Part shown: positions 33,739-44,494 of the stretch, one piece after another | Layout: each line of letters starts with the position of its first letter | How positions within the stretch are numbered: the first letter of the stretch is position 1 | NCBI GenBank assembly: GCA_002441095.1 | Contig: DJVG01000034.1 | Location: 61,072-125,071 of the forward strand | Source: Elusimicrobia bacterium UBA6262 | GTDB lineage: Bacteria > CAYTYR01 > UBA6262 | DNA length: 64,000 nucleotides | Direction: 5' to 3' | The notes under the pieces: model-generated | Told to the model about the DNA's origin: nothing | Database searches by the model: none | What the model saw: the letters and a program-made list of their open reading frames with translations, nothing else | Program-made: the position numbers and the translations under genes

Positions 33739-34530
33739 CTATTTTTTCGCCATTAGACTTCTGACAAACCTGCCTACTTTTGCGACCAGGTCCTTTTTCC
33801 CGATATTTTTTTCGATGATGCTGACTATTGCACTGCCGACTATTACCCCGTCAAACCAGGCAGACAGTTGTTTCACCTGCCGGGCATTGGAAACGCCAAA
33901 TCCGACAGCAACAGGCTGGTTAATATAGCGTCTTAATGACTGGGCATGCCTGCCGATATCCTGCGGCAGGCTGGTCCTGGCCCCGGTGATACCGGTAACT
34001 GATACATAATACACAAATCCGGCAGACTCTTTGTTGATCAGCGCTAACCTTTTCCCGCTGGTGAGCGGTGATACTAAATAAACCGGAGCGAGCTTGTGCT
34101 TTTTTAGTATCCTGCTGGCTGCCCGGCCGCTTTCCGGCAACAGGTCAGGAATTATAAAGCCATCTACTCCTGATTTCACTGCCGCCTGAGCCAGCTTTTC
34201 CAGGCCAAACTGGTATACAGGATTAAAATAAGTCATCAATAATATCGGGATCTGGCTTTTCTCCCTGAGCTGGCGCACCAGGCCAAGAATATCCGCCAGG
34301 GAAGTATTATTTTTTAATGAACGCAAAGCAGCCCGCTGGATAGTCGGGCCATCAGCGATCGGATCACTAAAAGGGACACCCAGCTCAATGATATCTGCCC
34401 CATTCTTTTCCAGCTCCAGGACCAATTCGCCGGTAGTACGCAGGTTCGGGTCTCCGGCGCAAATATACGTTATCAGCGCTTTTTTATGCTTCTTTTTTAA
34501 CTCTTTAAATTTTGCATCTATGCGATTCAT
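33739..34530 (-). CDS. trpA: tryptophan synthase alpha chain
   Basis: 263 aa TrpA; ...ELGVPFSDPIADGP. Confidence 0.9.
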   Translation of the reverse strand: MNRIDAKFKELKKKHKKALITYICAGDPNLRTTGELVLELEKNGADIIELGVPFSDPIADGPTIQRAALRSLKNNTSLADILGLVRQLREKSQIPILLMTYFNPVYQFGLEKLAQAAVKSGVDGFIIPDLLPESGRAASRILKKHKLAPVYLVSPLTSGKRLALINKESAGFVYYVSVTGITGARTSLPQDIGRHAQSLRRYINQPVAVGFGVSNARQVKQLSAWFDGVIVGSAIVSIIEKNIGKKDLVAKVGRFVRSLMAKK

Positions 34531-34630
34531 ATTTAACCCTAGCTCTTAAGCTGTAGAAGTACAACAAGAAGTTCAGCAAGCTGTACAGCTGTAGAGAAGC
34601 AAACTTCTTTACAGCTTTATAGCTCTACAC
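34531..34630. repeat. family-C palindromic element (GCTGTAGAAG / CTTCTTTACAGC)
   Basis: aagctgtagaagt...agctgtacagctgtagagaag...cttctttacagct; a second copy lies at 45957-46065. Confidence 0.65.
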
Positions 34631-35815
34631 CTATAAACTTTCTTCTCTCTTCATTATCTGTTCCATATCTTTATCCCCGCGCCCGGAAAGGCAAACAATG
34701 ATTATTTTGTTCTTATCCAGCTTGGGGGCGATCTTTTTCAAATAAGCCAGGGCATGAGAACTCTCTAAAGCCGGTAAAATACCTTCCTGCCTGGCCAGCA
34801 AGTCAAAAGCAACCAGCGCTTCCTGGTCCGTAGCATTGACATACTCTGCCCGTCCAGTGTATTTATAATAGCTGTGCTCCGGCCCCACTCCGGGATAATC
34901 CAGCCCGGCAGCGATAGAATGCGTCGGCGAAACCTGCCCATTCTTATCCTGTAACAAATATGATTTAGAGCCATGCAGGATACCAATAGTGCCTTTAGCC
35001 ATGGTCGCGGCAGTATGCGGTTTGTTCACTCCTGCCCCGGCAGCTTCCACACCGATAAATTTGACTTTTTTATCATTATAAAACGGATAAAACAGGCCGA
35101 TAGCATTACTGCCGCCATTAACACAGGCCAGTAAATAATCAGGTAACCGTTTTTCCGCTTTTAAGATCTGCTTTTTCGCTTCCCGGCCGATCACTGTCTG
35201 GAAATCCCTGACGATCAGCGGGAACGGATGCGGCCCGGCGCAGGATCCCAGCATATAATGCGTAGAACGGACATTAGTCACCCAGTCTCTCAGGGCTTCG
35301 TTCATCGCGTCTTTCAGGGTCTGGCTACCGCTGGTCACAGGGATCACTTTGGTGCCCAGTTTCTGCATCCGATACACATTCAGTTTCTGCCGCTCGATAT
35401 CTTCTGCTCCCATATAAACTTCGCATTGCAGTTTAAACAATGCTGCGACAGTAGCCACAGCTACGCCATGCTGACCAGCGCCGGTCTCGGCGATTATTCT
35501 TTTCTTCCCCATGCGTAAGGCCAACAAGGCTTGCCCTATTGTATTATTAATTTTATGGGCGCCGGTATGGGCCAGGTCTTCCCTTTTTAAATAAATTTTA
35601 GCGCCGCCATACAAGCTGGTCAGGTTCCTGGCAAAATATAATGGCGTAGGACGGCCGGCATATTCAGCCAGATAATAAGCCAGTTCTTTTTTAAAAGCGG
35701 CATTATTCTTCACCTGGCAGTATATTGTTTCCAGTTCTGCCAGTGCCGGCATCAATGTTTCCGGCACGTACTTTCCGCCGAAAGGGCCAAAATATCCATT
35801 CCTGTCTGGTAACAT
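34631..35815 (-). CDS. trpB: tryptophan synthase beta chain (TrpB1)
   Basis: GRPTPLY...[18 protein letters not shown]-lysine motif. Confidence 0.9.
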   Translation of the reverse strand: MLPDRNGYFGPFGGKYVPETLMPALAELETIYCQVKNNAAFKKELAYYLAEYAGRPTPLYFARNLTSLYGGAKIYLKREDLAHTGAHKINNTIGQALLALRMGKKRIIAETGAGQHGVAVATVAALFKLQCEVYMGAEDIERQKLNVYRMQKLGTKVIPVTSGSQTLKDAMNEALRDWVTNVRSTHYMLGSCAGPHPFPLIVRDFQTVIGREAKKQILKAEKRLPDYLLACVNGGSNAIGLFYPFYNDKKVKFIGVEAAGAGVNKPHTAATMAKGTIGILHGSKSYLLQDKNGQVSPTHSIAAGLDYPGVGPEHSYYKYTGRAEYVNATDQEALVAFDLLARQEGILPALESSHALAYLKKIAPKLDKNKIIIVCLSGRGDKDMEQIMKREESL

Positions 35816-35921
35816 CTAAACCTCAAAAGAAGTTGCGAGTTTCCAGTTTCAAGTTGCGAGTTTTGGATAAATGCTTTTTAAATAATAAACCTTAACTCGC
35901 AAACTCGTAATCCGCAACCTG
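35816..35921. repeat. family-A palindromic element
   Basis: agttgcgagtttccagtttcaagttgcgagtttt...ccttaactcgcaaactcgtaatccgcaacctgtcaact. Confidence 0.75.
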
Positions 35922-36602
35922 TCAACTGTTTTTAGCTTTGGTAATAAAGTCTTTCATTTTGTCGTAATCTTTGCGCTTGGGCGAACGCTCTATCCCGCTG
36001 GCCACATCAGCAGCAAAAGGTTTTACTTTGTCCATTGCTTCCTGCACATTTTCCGGGGTCAGCCCGCCAGCCAGGAATACCGGTTTTCCCAATTCCTTGG
36101 CTTTCACTGCCAGGTCCCAGTTGAAAATCGCCCCGGTTCCGCCGGCTACATCTTCCACATACGCATCCAGCAAGAAATAATCAGCTATTTCCAGGTATGG
36201 TCTCAGCGCGTCAAGTATTGTTTCATCCTTGACCCTGAAAGCCTTGATTATTTTTATTCCGGGTATTGCCTCTTTTAATTGCCGGCAATATTCTACGGTT
36301 TCATCTCCATGCAGCTGGACCAGTGCCAAATTTAATTTCTTGACCAGCTTAATTATGTTCTTGCTGTCTTCATTGACAAAAACACCGACGCTGGAAACAA
36401 AAGGAGGTATCTCCTTCAGTATCTCTAAAGCATTTTGGGGCGAAATCTTTCTTGGACTATCTTTATAAAAGTTTAATCCAATGAAATCCGCCCCTAAATT
36501 AGCCGCCCAGGTCGCATCCTGCGCACAGGTTATGCCGCAAATTTTAGTTTTTACCAATATACCTTCCCAATGTTTATTTTTAATCTGTGCTGCGCCCGCC
36601 AA
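35922..36602 (-). CDS. trpF: phosphoribosylanthranilate isomerase
   Basis: KICGIT...GADFIGLNFY..SPR. Confidence 0.85.
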   Translation of the reverse strand: MAGAAQIKNKHWEGILVKTKICGITCAQDATWAANLGADFIGLNFYKDSPRKISPQNALEILKEIPPFVSSVGVFVNEDSKNIIKLVKKLNLALVQLHGDETVEYCRQLKEAIPGIKIIKAFRVKDETILDALRPYLEIADYFLLDAYVEDVAGGTGAIFNWDLAVKAKELGKPVFLAGGLTPENVQEAMDKVKPFAADVASGIERSPKRKDYDKMKDFITKAKNS

Positions 36603-36625
36603 CGCATTAGTGGCGGGTAATCGTT

Positions 36626-37999
36626 TTACTCTACTTTTGGGAGGTGTTTTAACGCCTCTTTCACTTTTTCCGTAGGATACTCATAGTCTTCCAGCTGCTT
36701 GCTGAAATACTTATCATAGCTGGTCATGTCAAAGTGTCCATGTCCGCTCAGGTTGAAGACGATGCACTTGGCTTCATTGTTCTTTTTGCACTGCAAAGCC
36801 TCATCGATCGCTACCCTGATCGCATGGGATGATTCCGGAGCCGGGATAATGCCTTCGGTCCGGGCAAACTGTACCGCAGCTTCAAAGCATGGGTTCTGGT
36901 GCACAGCCCTGGCTTCGACCAAACCTGTCTTCACAGCCAAGCTTACTAATGGGGAGCACCCATGATATCTCAGTCCTCCGGCATGGATTCCCGGCGGCAT
37001 GAAAGTGTGGCCAAGCGTATACATTTTCAGTAACGGGGTTAACCCGACAGTATCACCGAAATCATAGGTGAACGGCCCTTTGGTCAGGGTCGGGCAGCTA
37101 TGCGGCTCCACAGCGATCATCTTGATATCCTGGCCTTTTTTCTTATCCGGCACGAACGGGAAAACAAACCCGGCAAAATTACTGCCACCACCGACACAAC
37201 CTATTAGTATATCGGCTTTATCGCCGGCTTTTTTCAGTTGCTCCCTGGTTTCCAATCCGATAATGGTCTGATGCAGCATTACGTGGTTCAGTACACTACC
37301 CAGGGCATATTTAGCATCATCATGCGTGGCTGCATCTTCCACTGCTTCACTGATAGCCATCCCCAGTGAACCATTAGAATTCGGATCCTCTTTTAAAAAC
37401 GCTCTTCCGGAATTAGTCTTATCAGAGGGTGAGGCAAAAGCTTCTCCACCCCAAGCCTGCATCATAAATTTACGGTAAGGCTTCTGGTCAAAACTGACTC
37501 TTACCATATAAACAGTGCATTTAAGATCAAACAAAGCAGTAGCAAAAGATAACGCACTGCCCCATTGGCCGGCGCCAGTCTCTGTGCAGAGTCTCTTGAC
37601 TCCTTCTTTTTTGTTGTAATAAGCCTGGGCAACGGCTGTGTTCGGTTTATGACTGCCAGGGGGGCTCACGCTTTCATTTTTGTAATATATCCTGGCCGGT
37701 GTTCCCAATGCTTTTTCCAGGCGGTGCGCCCGGACCAGGGGAGTCGGACGCCATATTTTCAAAATATCAGCAACTTCCTGAGGTATTTCTATCCATGGTT
37801 CCTGGGACATTTCCTGTTTAATCAACTCCATCGGGAAGATTGGCGTAAAATCAGCGGCTTCAGCCGGTTTTCCGGTTTTCGGGTTCAGAGGCGGTGCCAG
37901 CTGTTCCGGCAGGTCCGGCGCCACGTTATACCAGGCTTTGGGCATTTCGCTCTCATTGAGCAAGATCTTGGTATCAGTCATAGACGATACTCCTCTCAA
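36626..37999 (-). CDS. trpB2: TrpB2-type tryptophan synthase beta-like protein
   Basis: 457 aa; WRPTPLVRA...SHKPNTA is the TrpB2 signature and is distinct from the TrpB1 at 34631. Confidence 0.8.
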   Translation of the reverse strand: MRGVSSMTDTKILLNESEMPKAWYNVAPDLPEQLAPPLNPKTGKPAEAADFTPIFPMELIKQEMSQEPWIEIPQEVADILKIWRPTPLVRAHRLEKALGTPARIYYKNESVSPPGSHKPNTAVAQAYYNKKEGVKRLCTETGAGQWGSALSFATALFDLKCTVYMVRVSFDQKPYRKFMMQAWGGEAFASPSDKTNSGRAFLKEDPNSNGSLGMAISEAVEDAATHDDAKYALGSVLNHVMLHQTIIGLETREQLKKAGDKADILIGCVGGGSNFAGFVFPFVPDKKKGQDIKMIAVEPHSCPTLTKGPFTYDFGDTVGLTPLLKMYTLGHTFMPPGIHAGGLRYHGCSPLVSLAVKTGLVEARAVHQNPCFEAAVQFARTEGIIPAPESSHAIRVAIDEALQCKKNNEAKCIVFNLSGHGHFDMTSYDKYFSKQLEDYEYPTEKVKEALKHLPKVE

Positions 38000-38011
38000 A
38001 AAATAGTTTTT

Positions 38012-38800
38012 CTACTTACTCATCAGCTCTTTTAAAGCCTTGCCAATATTGTCTTTTTTCTCCAACAGATAATGTCCAATTAGTATAGCATTTATATCCA
38101 TTTCTTTCAACAGTTTTATGTCTGCTTTTGACCGTATCCCGCTCTCGCTGACTACGACCTTCCCTTTGGGTATTTTAGGCCGTAATTTCACGGTATTATT
38201 AATATCCACTTTCAGGGTAGCCAGGCTCCGGTTATTAATACCAATGATCTGGGCATCTGTATCCAGGACTTTCTTGAGATCATGTTCAGTATGCACCTCA
38301 ACCAGGCAATGTAATCCCAGGCCTTTGGCTATATCGAGGAACTTCTGCAGCTCGCTGGTAAATAAAAGGCTGGCGATAAGCAGGACCGCGTCAGCGCCGT
38401 AAAACCGGGATTCATAGATCTGGTATTCATCAATAATAAAATCCTTGCGCAAAACCGGCAGGGTAGTGACTTCCTTGACTACTGAAAGATGATAAATATC
38501 CCCTTGAAAATAGTTTTCCTCGGTCAAGACGGAAATAGCATCAGCGTCATATGTTTCATAGGTCCGGGCTATCTTGCCGGGATTATAGTTCTCCACTATC
38601 AGGCCGGCACTGGGAGAAGCTTTTTTAGCTTCAGCTATCACATGCAAGGTATCCTTGGGCACGGAAATGGCAGTCTTAAAATTCCTGATCGGGGTGTGCT
38701 TATTGATCAGTTTGCCTTGCAACTCCCAAAGCGAAATCGACTGTTTAGCTAAAGCGACGGATTTCTTTTTCGAATCGATGAATTTCTGCATTATACCCAT
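38012..38800 (-). CDS. trpC: indole-3-glycerol phosphate synthase
   Basis: LPVLRKDFIIDEYQIYESRFYGADAVLLI. Confidence 0.85.
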   Translation of the reverse strand: MGIMQKFIDSKKKSVALAKQSISLWELQGKLINKHTPIRNFKTAISVPKDTLHVIAEAKKASPSAGLIVENYNPGKIARTYETYDADAISVLTEENYFQGDIYHLSVVKEVTTLPVLRKDFIIDEYQIYESRFYGADAVLLIASLLFTSELQKFLDIAKGLGLHCLVEVHTEHDLKKVLDTDAQIIGINNRSLATLKVDINNTVKLRPKIPKGKVVVSESGIRSKADIKLLKEMDINAILIGHYLLEKKDNIGKALKELMSK

Positions 38801-38911
38801 AAGTTAAACCTAATCTCCAAATCTAAATAACAAAATCCAAATAAAGTCCAAAATCCCAATCTTAAATATTTTTTAATGATTATTGGGTTTTTATTTGTCA
38901 TTTGACATTTG

Positions 38912-39991
38912 TCATTGGTCATTTTTTTTATTCGTATATTTCTTTAAAAGTTCCAGCTTTCCCATGGCTTTCCCTGAATCAATACTCTCGCTGGCAATTT
39001 TTATACCGCTTTCCATCGTCGGAGCCTTATCGCCCACATAGATGGCTGCTGCTGCGTTCAAAAGAACAATATCCCGTTTGGGTCCTTTTTCACCTTTGAG
39101 GACATTGAGGATGATCTGGGCGTTTTCCTGGGCATTACCGCCGCGAATATCAGCTAAAGTAACGGCTTTCATACCGAACTGTTCCGGGGTGATATCATAG
39201 CTCTTGACCTGGCCATCCTTCAGCTCTGCTATCCTGGTCGGCCCGGTTATTGAAATTTCATCAATAGCATCTTTGCCATGTACCACCATCGCCCTTTTCA
39301 CTCCCAGGTTCCCGAGGACTTTTGCCATTATCTCGCAGAGATGTTCGCTATATACACCCAACACCTGGGCAGTAGCTTTGGCTGGATTTGATAGCGGCCC
39401 CAGGATATTGAAAATAGTGCGGATACCGATCTGTTTGCGCGGGCCGGCCGCAAATTTCATCGCCCCGTGCAGTAAAGGCGCAAAAAGAAAACCAATACCT
39501 ACTTCATTCAGGCATTTTTCCACTTCCGCCGGAGATATATTAAGATTTACACCAAGGGTCTCAATCACATCAGCGCTGCCGCACAAGGAAGAAACTGAAC
39601 GATTACCATGTTTGGCCACTTTCAAACCTGCCCCGGCAACCACAAAAGCGCTGGCTGTGGAAATATTGAAAGTATTGGTCTTGTCGCCGCCAGTGCCACA
39701 GGTGTCAATGATCGTTTCCCGGTCAATATTGATATCATCACGGTCCAGGTCTACTACACCGTTACCGGCGATCCTGATCGGAGTAGCGTGCTCACGCATG
39801 ACTTTGGCGCAACCGGTGATCTCTGCCACGCTTTCGCCCTTCAGGCGCAAAGCAGTGATAAAAGCGCCAATCTGCGCTTCAGTCGCCTCGCCGTTCATGA
39901 TCTCATCCATCACGGCCATTGCTTCCTGCTCGGTCAGATCCTGCTTTTCCACGATTTTCCCGATCGCTTCTTTAATCATAGTTTTTTTCAC
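38912..39991 (-). CDS. trpD: anthranilate phosphoribosyltransferase
   Basis: [10 protein letters not shown]...LNAAAAI. Confidence 0.9.
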   Translation of the reverse strand: MKKTMIKEAIGKIVEKQDLTEQEAMAVMDEIMNGEATEAQIGAFITALRLKGESVAEITGCAKVMREHATPIRIAGNGVVDLDRDDINIDRETIIDTCGTGGDKTNTFNISTASAFVVAGAGLKVAKHGNRSVSSLCGSADVIETLGVNLNISPAEVEKCLNEVGIGFLFAPLLHGAMKFAAGPRKQIGIRTIFNILGPLSNPAKATAQVLGVYSEHLCEIMAKVLGNLGVKRAMVVHGKDAIDEISITGPTRIAELKDGQVKSYDITPEQFGMKAVTLADIRGGNAQENAQIILNVLKGEKGPKRDIVLLNAAAAIYVGDKAPTMESGIKIASESIDSGKAMGKLELLKKYTNKKNDQ

Positions 39992-40037
39992 CTTTGATTT
40001 TAACTGCTATCCGCCGACTGCGAACTGCCAACGGCCC

Positions 40038-40193
40038 TTACTTTTCCGCTTCTTCTACCAGCATGACGGGGATGCCGTCCTTAATCGGATATTTCTTGCC
40101 GCATTTCTGGCAGATGATCTTATTATCTTTTTCTACGACATTACCTTTGCAATCAGGGCAAGCCATAATTTCCAGTAAACTTTTTTCAACCAT
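40038..40193 (-). CDS. Trm112/UPF0434-family small zinc-ribbon protein
   Basis: 51-aa ORF MVEKSLLEIMACPDCKGNVVEKDNKIICQKCGKKYPIKDGIPVMLVEEAEK, found by hand translation; too short for the ORF track. The CPxC...CxxC plus IP.ML motif is typical of the family. Confidence 0.55.
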   Translation of the reverse strand: MVEKSLLEIMACPDCKGNVVEKDNKIICQKCGKKYPIKDGIPVMLVEEAEK

Positions 40194-40202
40194 GATTCCC
40201 CC

Positions 40203-40766
40203 CTATAACTTAATAAAATTATCCAGTATATTTTTGCCTTCTTTGGTCAAAATGGATTCCGGGTGGAACTGCACTCCATACACGGCATATTTCTTATGCC
40301 GCAGGCCCATGATCTCTTTTTCTTTGGTCTCAGCCGTGATCTCCAGGCACGCTGGCAGGCTTTTGCGTTCTACTATCAGCGAATGATACCGGGTGGCTTC
40401 AAAAGGATTAGTTAATCCGTTGAATATTTCCTTGCCCTTGTGGTAAATCAATGAGGTTTTGCCATGCATCAACCGGCCAGCCCTGACGATCTTACCGCCA
40501 AAAGCATACCCGATCGCCTGATGTCCAAGGCACACGCCTAAGATTGGGATCTTACCGGCATATTCCCGTATAACTCCTACGGAAATACCAGCTTCTGCCG
40601 GCGACCCAGGGCCGGGAGAAACTACTATACGGCGCGGTTTGTATTTTTTTACTTCAGCAACTGTAATTTCGTCATTACGGACGACTTTAAGTTCCTGGCC
40701 CAACTCCCCCAGGTACTGCACCAGGTTATAAGTAAATGAATCATAATTATCGATCATTAGTATCAC
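40203..40766 (-). CDS. trpG: anthranilate synthase component II (glutamine amidotransferase)
   Basis: [15 protein letters not shown]...GVCLGHQ. Confidence 0.85.
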   Translation of the reverse strand: MILMIDNYDSFTYNLVQYLGELGQELKVVRNDEITVAEVKKYKPRRIVVSPGPGSPAEAGISVGVIREYAGKIPILGVCLGHQAIGYAFGGKIVRAGRLMHGKTSLIYHKGKEIFNGLTNPFEATRYHSLIVERKSLPACLEITAETKEKEIMGLRHKKYAVYGVQFHPESILTKEGKNILDNFIKL

Positions 40767-40827
40767 TTTACACCTCTACACCTTTACACCTGACATTCAG
40801 CTTTCAGCATTTAGCATTCAGCTGTTC

Positions 40828-42318
40828 CTACTCCAGTCCTTCTTCTGCCATTTCCACTGCCTTCACCATTGCCCTGGCCTTATTCACTGTCTCCTGGTAC
40901 TCCTTAGCTGGGTCACTGTCTGCGACAATACCAGCCCCAGCCTGCACATAAGCATTATCACCCTTGATGATTATCGTCCGAATAGTAATACAGGCATCCA
41001 GGTTACCGCTGAAGGAAAAATAGCCCACACATCCGGCATAAGGCCCGCGTTTGACTGGTTCCAGTTCATCAATGATCTCCATCGCCCGTATCTTCGGCGC
41101 CCCGGATACAGTCCCAGCCGGGAAACAAGCCCGTAAGACGTCAAAAGAGTTTTTTCCGCGGCTCAATTTGCCGACCACATCTGAGACTATATGCTGAACA
41201 TGGGAATATTTCTCGATCACCATTAACTCCGGCACCTTAACTGTATGAAAATCGCAAACCCGGCCGATATCATTGCGCCCCAGGTCAACCAGCATAATAT
41301 GCTCAGCCCGTTCTTTCGGGTCAGCCAGCAGCTGCTTTTCCAATAAAATATCTTCTTCGTCTGTTTTGCCCCGCGGCCGCGTACCAGCAATTGGCCGGAC
41401 TTCCACTGTGCCCTCTTCTTCACGCACCAGGATCTCGGGAGATGTACCGACGAGATATTCCCCATTGCATTTCAGGAAATACATATAGCTGGACGGGTTA
41501 ATCCTCCGCAAGGAGCGGTAAATATCAAAAGGACTGGATTTGATCTTCATTTTAAAGCGCTGTGACAACACCACCTGAATAATATCTCCGGCCTTGATAT
41601 ATTCTTTGGCTTTAACGATCATTTTTTTGAAAGCTGCTAAGGTAAAATTAGATTCCATTTTTAAAGCTGGTTTAAGGTGTGGTTTGTGCAGCGGGATCTC
41701 TGCCGGCTTACGCAGTAGGGCGATCAGCTTATCTATCTTGGCGCAGGCTTCTTTATATACTTTCTGTTCATTTTTTTCCACATGAGCGCAGGATACTACC
41801 TTGATCGTATGGTTCACATGGTCAAAGATGAGGATAGTATCCGTGAACATAAAGACACTGTCAGCCAGTTTCAGGTCATCCGGGTTCTGGTCAGTTTTTT
41901 TGAGACACGGCTCAAAGAAGCGCACCATATCATAACCCATATAACCGACTGCCCCGCCATAAAAACGCGGCAAGCCCCGGTGATGCACCGGCCGGTAGTC
42001 TTTCATCAATTGCTGCAGGATATAGAGCGGATCATTGCCTTTCAGATCAATATTTATGTTTATACCTTTACAGATAATCCTGGCCTGGCCGCCTTTGGAT
42101 TCCAGAATAATGGAAGGACTGGCAGAAATAAAGGAATAGCGCCCTAATTTCTCGCCCCCTTCCACGCTTTCCAGCAGATAAGCATACTTGGCGTCCTGGG
42201 ATATCTTGTAAAACGCAGATACCGGTGTTTCCATATCTGCCAGGATCTCTTTGTAAACCGGTATTAAATTATATTTTTTCGCTAATTTCTTAAATTCTTT
42301 AAATTCTGGGTAAAACAT
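40828..42318 (-). CDS. trpE: anthranilate synthase component I
   Basis: LLESVEGGEKLGRYSFI and C-terminal chorismate-binding motifs. Confidence 0.9.
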   Translation of the reverse strand: MFYPEFKEFKKLAKKYNLIPVYKEILADMETPVSAFYKISQDAKYAYLLESVEGGEKLGRYSFISASPSIILESKGGQARIICKGININIDLKGNDPLYILQQLMKDYRPVHHRGLPRFYGGAVGYMGYDMVRFFEPCLKKTDQNPDDLKLADSVFMFTDTILIFDHVNHTIKVVSCAHVEKNEQKVYKEACAKIDKLIALLRKPAEIPLHKPHLKPALKMESNFTLAAFKKMIVKAKEYIKAGDIIQVVLSQRFKMKIKSSPFDIYRSLRRINPSSYMYFLKCNGEYLVGTSPEILVREEEGTVEVRPIAGTRPRGKTDEEDILLEKQLLADPKERAEHIMLVDLGRNDIGRVCDFHTVKVPELMVIEKYSHVQHIVSDVVGKLSRGKNSFDVLRACFPAGTVSGAPKIRAMEIIDELEPVKRGPYAGCVGYFSFSGNLDACITIRTIIIKGDNAYVQAGAGIVADSDPAKEYQETVNKARAMVKAVEMAEEGLE

Positions 42319-42671
42319 CTTAACCTCATATTATTTAATTAGTATTTTCCGTGTATCAGGTAACTGTCACTATTTGTTCGCTCCAGTGTCGATTTTTAGC
42401 GTCAAAGGTCTTGCGTCAACTCGGTGCCGAGAAACTCGCCCCTTGGGCTCAGACAATCTCGGCATCCAGCAGCCAAAGATACCCTCGTTGCTTGCAAGCA
42501 TGCTTTGACTAAAATCGACAAGCTCGCTCAAAATAATGACAAGTTCCCTGATCTGTATGGTTGCCGTTATCATCAGAGTAACTGGGGGTGGCGAGGGTTT
42601 GATTTTTGCCAGGGTTATTGATGCTTTTGTCCCGATATAGTTATATCGGGAAGACAGGACCCCAAGTAAAC
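42319..42671 (-). ncRNA. 353-nt trpE 5' leader containing blocks conserved with the polA leader (family F); function unknown
   Basis: Blocks gtatcaggtaactgtcactatttgtt (42353-42378), caaaggtctt (42403-42412) and cgacaagctcgctcaaaataatgacaagttccctgatctgta (42516-42557) recur at 60220-60405. A perfect hairpin cccgatata..tatatcggg sits at 42631-42650. Confidence 0.4.
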
Positions 42672-43061
42672 CTATTTCTTATATACTTTCTCAGGATCAA
42701 AGACCCTTTTACCTTTTACTTTCAATTTTCCTTTTTCCAGTACCCGGTAAAAACAACTCTTAAACCCGGTGTGGCAGGCTGCCCCGCCTACTTGTTCTAT
42801 CTTTATCACCAGCGCATCACCGTCGCAATCAAGGCAAACTTGCTTTACCTTCTGGATATTGCCGCTGGTCTCGCCTTTCAACCAGTATTTGTGACGTGAG
42901 CGTGACCAGTACCAGCATTGCTTATCGCGCAGGGTGCGCTTGAGCGCTTCCTTATCCATATAAGCCAGCATCAGGATATCACCTGTTTTGTAATCCTGTA
43001 ATACTGCCGGCACTAAACCATTCTTGTCAAACTTCACTTGCCTTAAAATAACCTGGGTCAT
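42672..43061 (-). CDS. hisI: phosphoribosyl-AMP cyclohydrolase (monofunctional, no HisE fusion)
   Basis: 129 aa; ...[10 protein letters not shown]...C.GD. Confidence 0.85.
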   Translation of the reverse strand: MTQVILRQVKFDKNGLVPAVLQDYKTGDILMLAYMDKEALKRTLRDKQCWYWSRSRHKYWLKGETSGNIQKVKQVCLDCDGDALVIKIEQVGGAACHTGFKSCFYRVLEKGKLKVKGKRVFDPEKVYKK

Positions 43062-43813
43062 ATTCTTACCGTCACTTTCTTTTTCTTCAGATATTTTTTC
43101 ACTTGTTTGATCGTCAGCTCTTTAAAGTGGAACAACGACGCAGCCAGTGCGGCATCAGCTTTACCCGTGGCAAAAGCCTCGTAAAAATGCTCCAGCTTTC
43201 CTGCGCCGCCTGAGGCGATCACGGGAATATTTACTGATTCGGAAATTGCCCTGGTCAAGGCCAGGTCATAACCATCCTTGGTCCCGTCGCAGTCCATGCT
43301 GGTCAGCAGTATCTCCCCGGCACCGAGCCTCTCTACGGTTTTAGCCCATTCTATCGCATCAAGGTCTATGGGTGTCCTGCCCCCATGCGTATATACCTGC
43401 CACCCGGGATCTTTACGTTTGGCGTCGATCGCTACGACGATGCACTGGCTGCCAAACCGGTCGCTGGCTTCTTTGACCAGTTTCGGATTCTCCACTGCCG
43501 CGGTATTCATGGAGACCTTGTCTGCCCCGCTCTTGAGCAAAATCCTAATATCATCAATATTCCTAATGCCGCCTCCTACAGTCAGCGGCATAAAGACCTG
43601 CTCCGCTGTTTTCTTGACCACTTCCAGCATGATATTACGTTTCTGGTAGCTGGCAGTAATATCCAGGAAAACGATCTCGTCGGCGCCTTCGGCATCATAG
43701 CGCTTGGCTACTTCTACCGGGTCGCCGGCATCGCGGATATTTATAAATTTTGTACCCTTGACCACGCGTCCTGCGTCAACGTCGAGGCAAGGGATGATTC
43801 TTTTGGTTAACAT
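43058..43813 (-). CDS. hisF: imidazole glycerol phosphate synthase cyclase subunit
   Basis: IIPCLDV..GRVVKG... Confidence 0.9.
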   Translation of the reverse strand: MLTKRIIPCLDVDAGRVVKGTKFINIRDAGDPVEVAKRYDAEGADEIVFLDITASYQKRNIMLEVVKKTAEQVFMPLTVGGGIRNIDDIRILLKSGADKVSMNTAAVENPKLVKEASDRFGSQCIVVAIDAKRKDPGWQVYTHGGRTPIDLDAIEWAKTVERLGAGEILLTSMDCDGTKDGYDLALTRAISESVNIPVIASGGAGKLEHFYEAFATGKADAALAASLFHFKELTIKQVKKYLKKKKVTVRI

Positions 43814-43828
43814 GGCAACCTCAAAGCA

Positions 43829-43902
43829 AGCGTTAAGCGGGTAGCGTTTAGCGTATAGAAAATCTTTTAAAACTATCCGCTATACGCCATACGCTATACG
43901 CC
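43829..43902. repeat. family-B palindromic element (TATACGC / GCGTATA heptad arms)
   Basis: gcgttaagcgggtagcgtttagcgtatag-aaaatcttttaaaa-ctatccgctatacgccatacgctatacgcc. Confidence 0.75.
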
Positions 43903-43905
43903 GAT

Positions 43906-44322
43906 TTAATTATGCATCTTTTCACCCAGGTAACCTCCCAGGGTGCTGAACACTACCATCAGAAACCAGTGCAGGTAATCAAAGCTTTGGTTCTTCAGAT
44001 AAGGAATTATCCGGTCTAAATTGTTAAAAATATTTTCCCCGGCTTTGAGCGTCTGGGCAAAGCTGGAATATTCCCCCCAAAAAATAAAGGCCAGGCCTAC
44101 TAATAATCCCATCAAGATCCCTTTTTCATTGGCAATGTAACCGACAAAAAGCCCGCCCAGGAAATAAGCTACTATGCCTGGCATGATCTTGTAATATTTC
44201 AGGATCGTTGATCTTTGCTTACTGAACAATTCAAACATAAACCCATTCAGGAGGTATACAACAAAAACGCCCAAACAAATTAAAAAAAGAATACGCAGGA
44301 ACCCGCTTTTCTTTTTCGCCAT
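43906..44322 (-). CDS. hypothetical small membrane protein (about 4 TM)
   Basis: 138 aa and hydrophobic; inserted between hisF and hisA. Confidence 0.45.
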   Translation of the reverse strand: MAKKKSGFLRILFLICLGVFVVYLLNGFMFELFSKQRSTILKYYKIMPGIVAYFLGGLFVGYIANEKGILMGLLVGLAFIFWGEYSSFAQTLKAGENIFNNLDRIIPYLKNQSFDYLHWFLMVVFSTLGGYLGEKMHN

Positions 44323-44494
44323 GCTTTACCCCTTTGAAGCTCAACTTCATCCCGATAGGATAATTATAATTCCTATCGGGGAATGAACTATATTTTTTCA
44401 ATTTTCTATTTCTCAAAATTCTCTGTGAATTAATCCCCGCGTTTAGATTCGCAAAGCGAATCTGCTGGGGATATAAACCTTAAATTATTTTTAT

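Noticed and set aside
39204-40178. 324-aa plus-strand ORF rich in Ser/Pro/Ala
   Set aside because: It is antisense to trpD and the Trm112-like gene and is a low-complexity translation of the reverse strand. Every other gene in the window is on the minus strand.
42370-42573. 67-aa minus-strand ORF in the trpE leader, a possible leader peptide
   Set aside because: It has only one Trp codon and no tandem regulatory codons. The nucleotide block it covers is conserved with the polA leader but in a different reading frame, so the conservation is at the nucleotide level and not the peptide level.
42319-42671. T-box riboswitch or TRAP/leader-peptide attenuator upstream of trpE
   Set aside because: No AGGGTGGNACCGCG-like T-box sequence, no (G/U)AG triplet array and no tandem UGG codons were found on the transcribed strand.
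44340-44490. Two strong hairpins (tcccgatagga..tcctatcgggga; atcccc/agattcgc..gcgaatct/ggggat) as terminators between hisA and the membrane-protein gene
   Set aside because: Neither is followed by a U-tract on the transcribed minus strand. The T-run lies on the non-coding plus side. They are more likely members of the palindromic spacer elements than intrinsic terminators.
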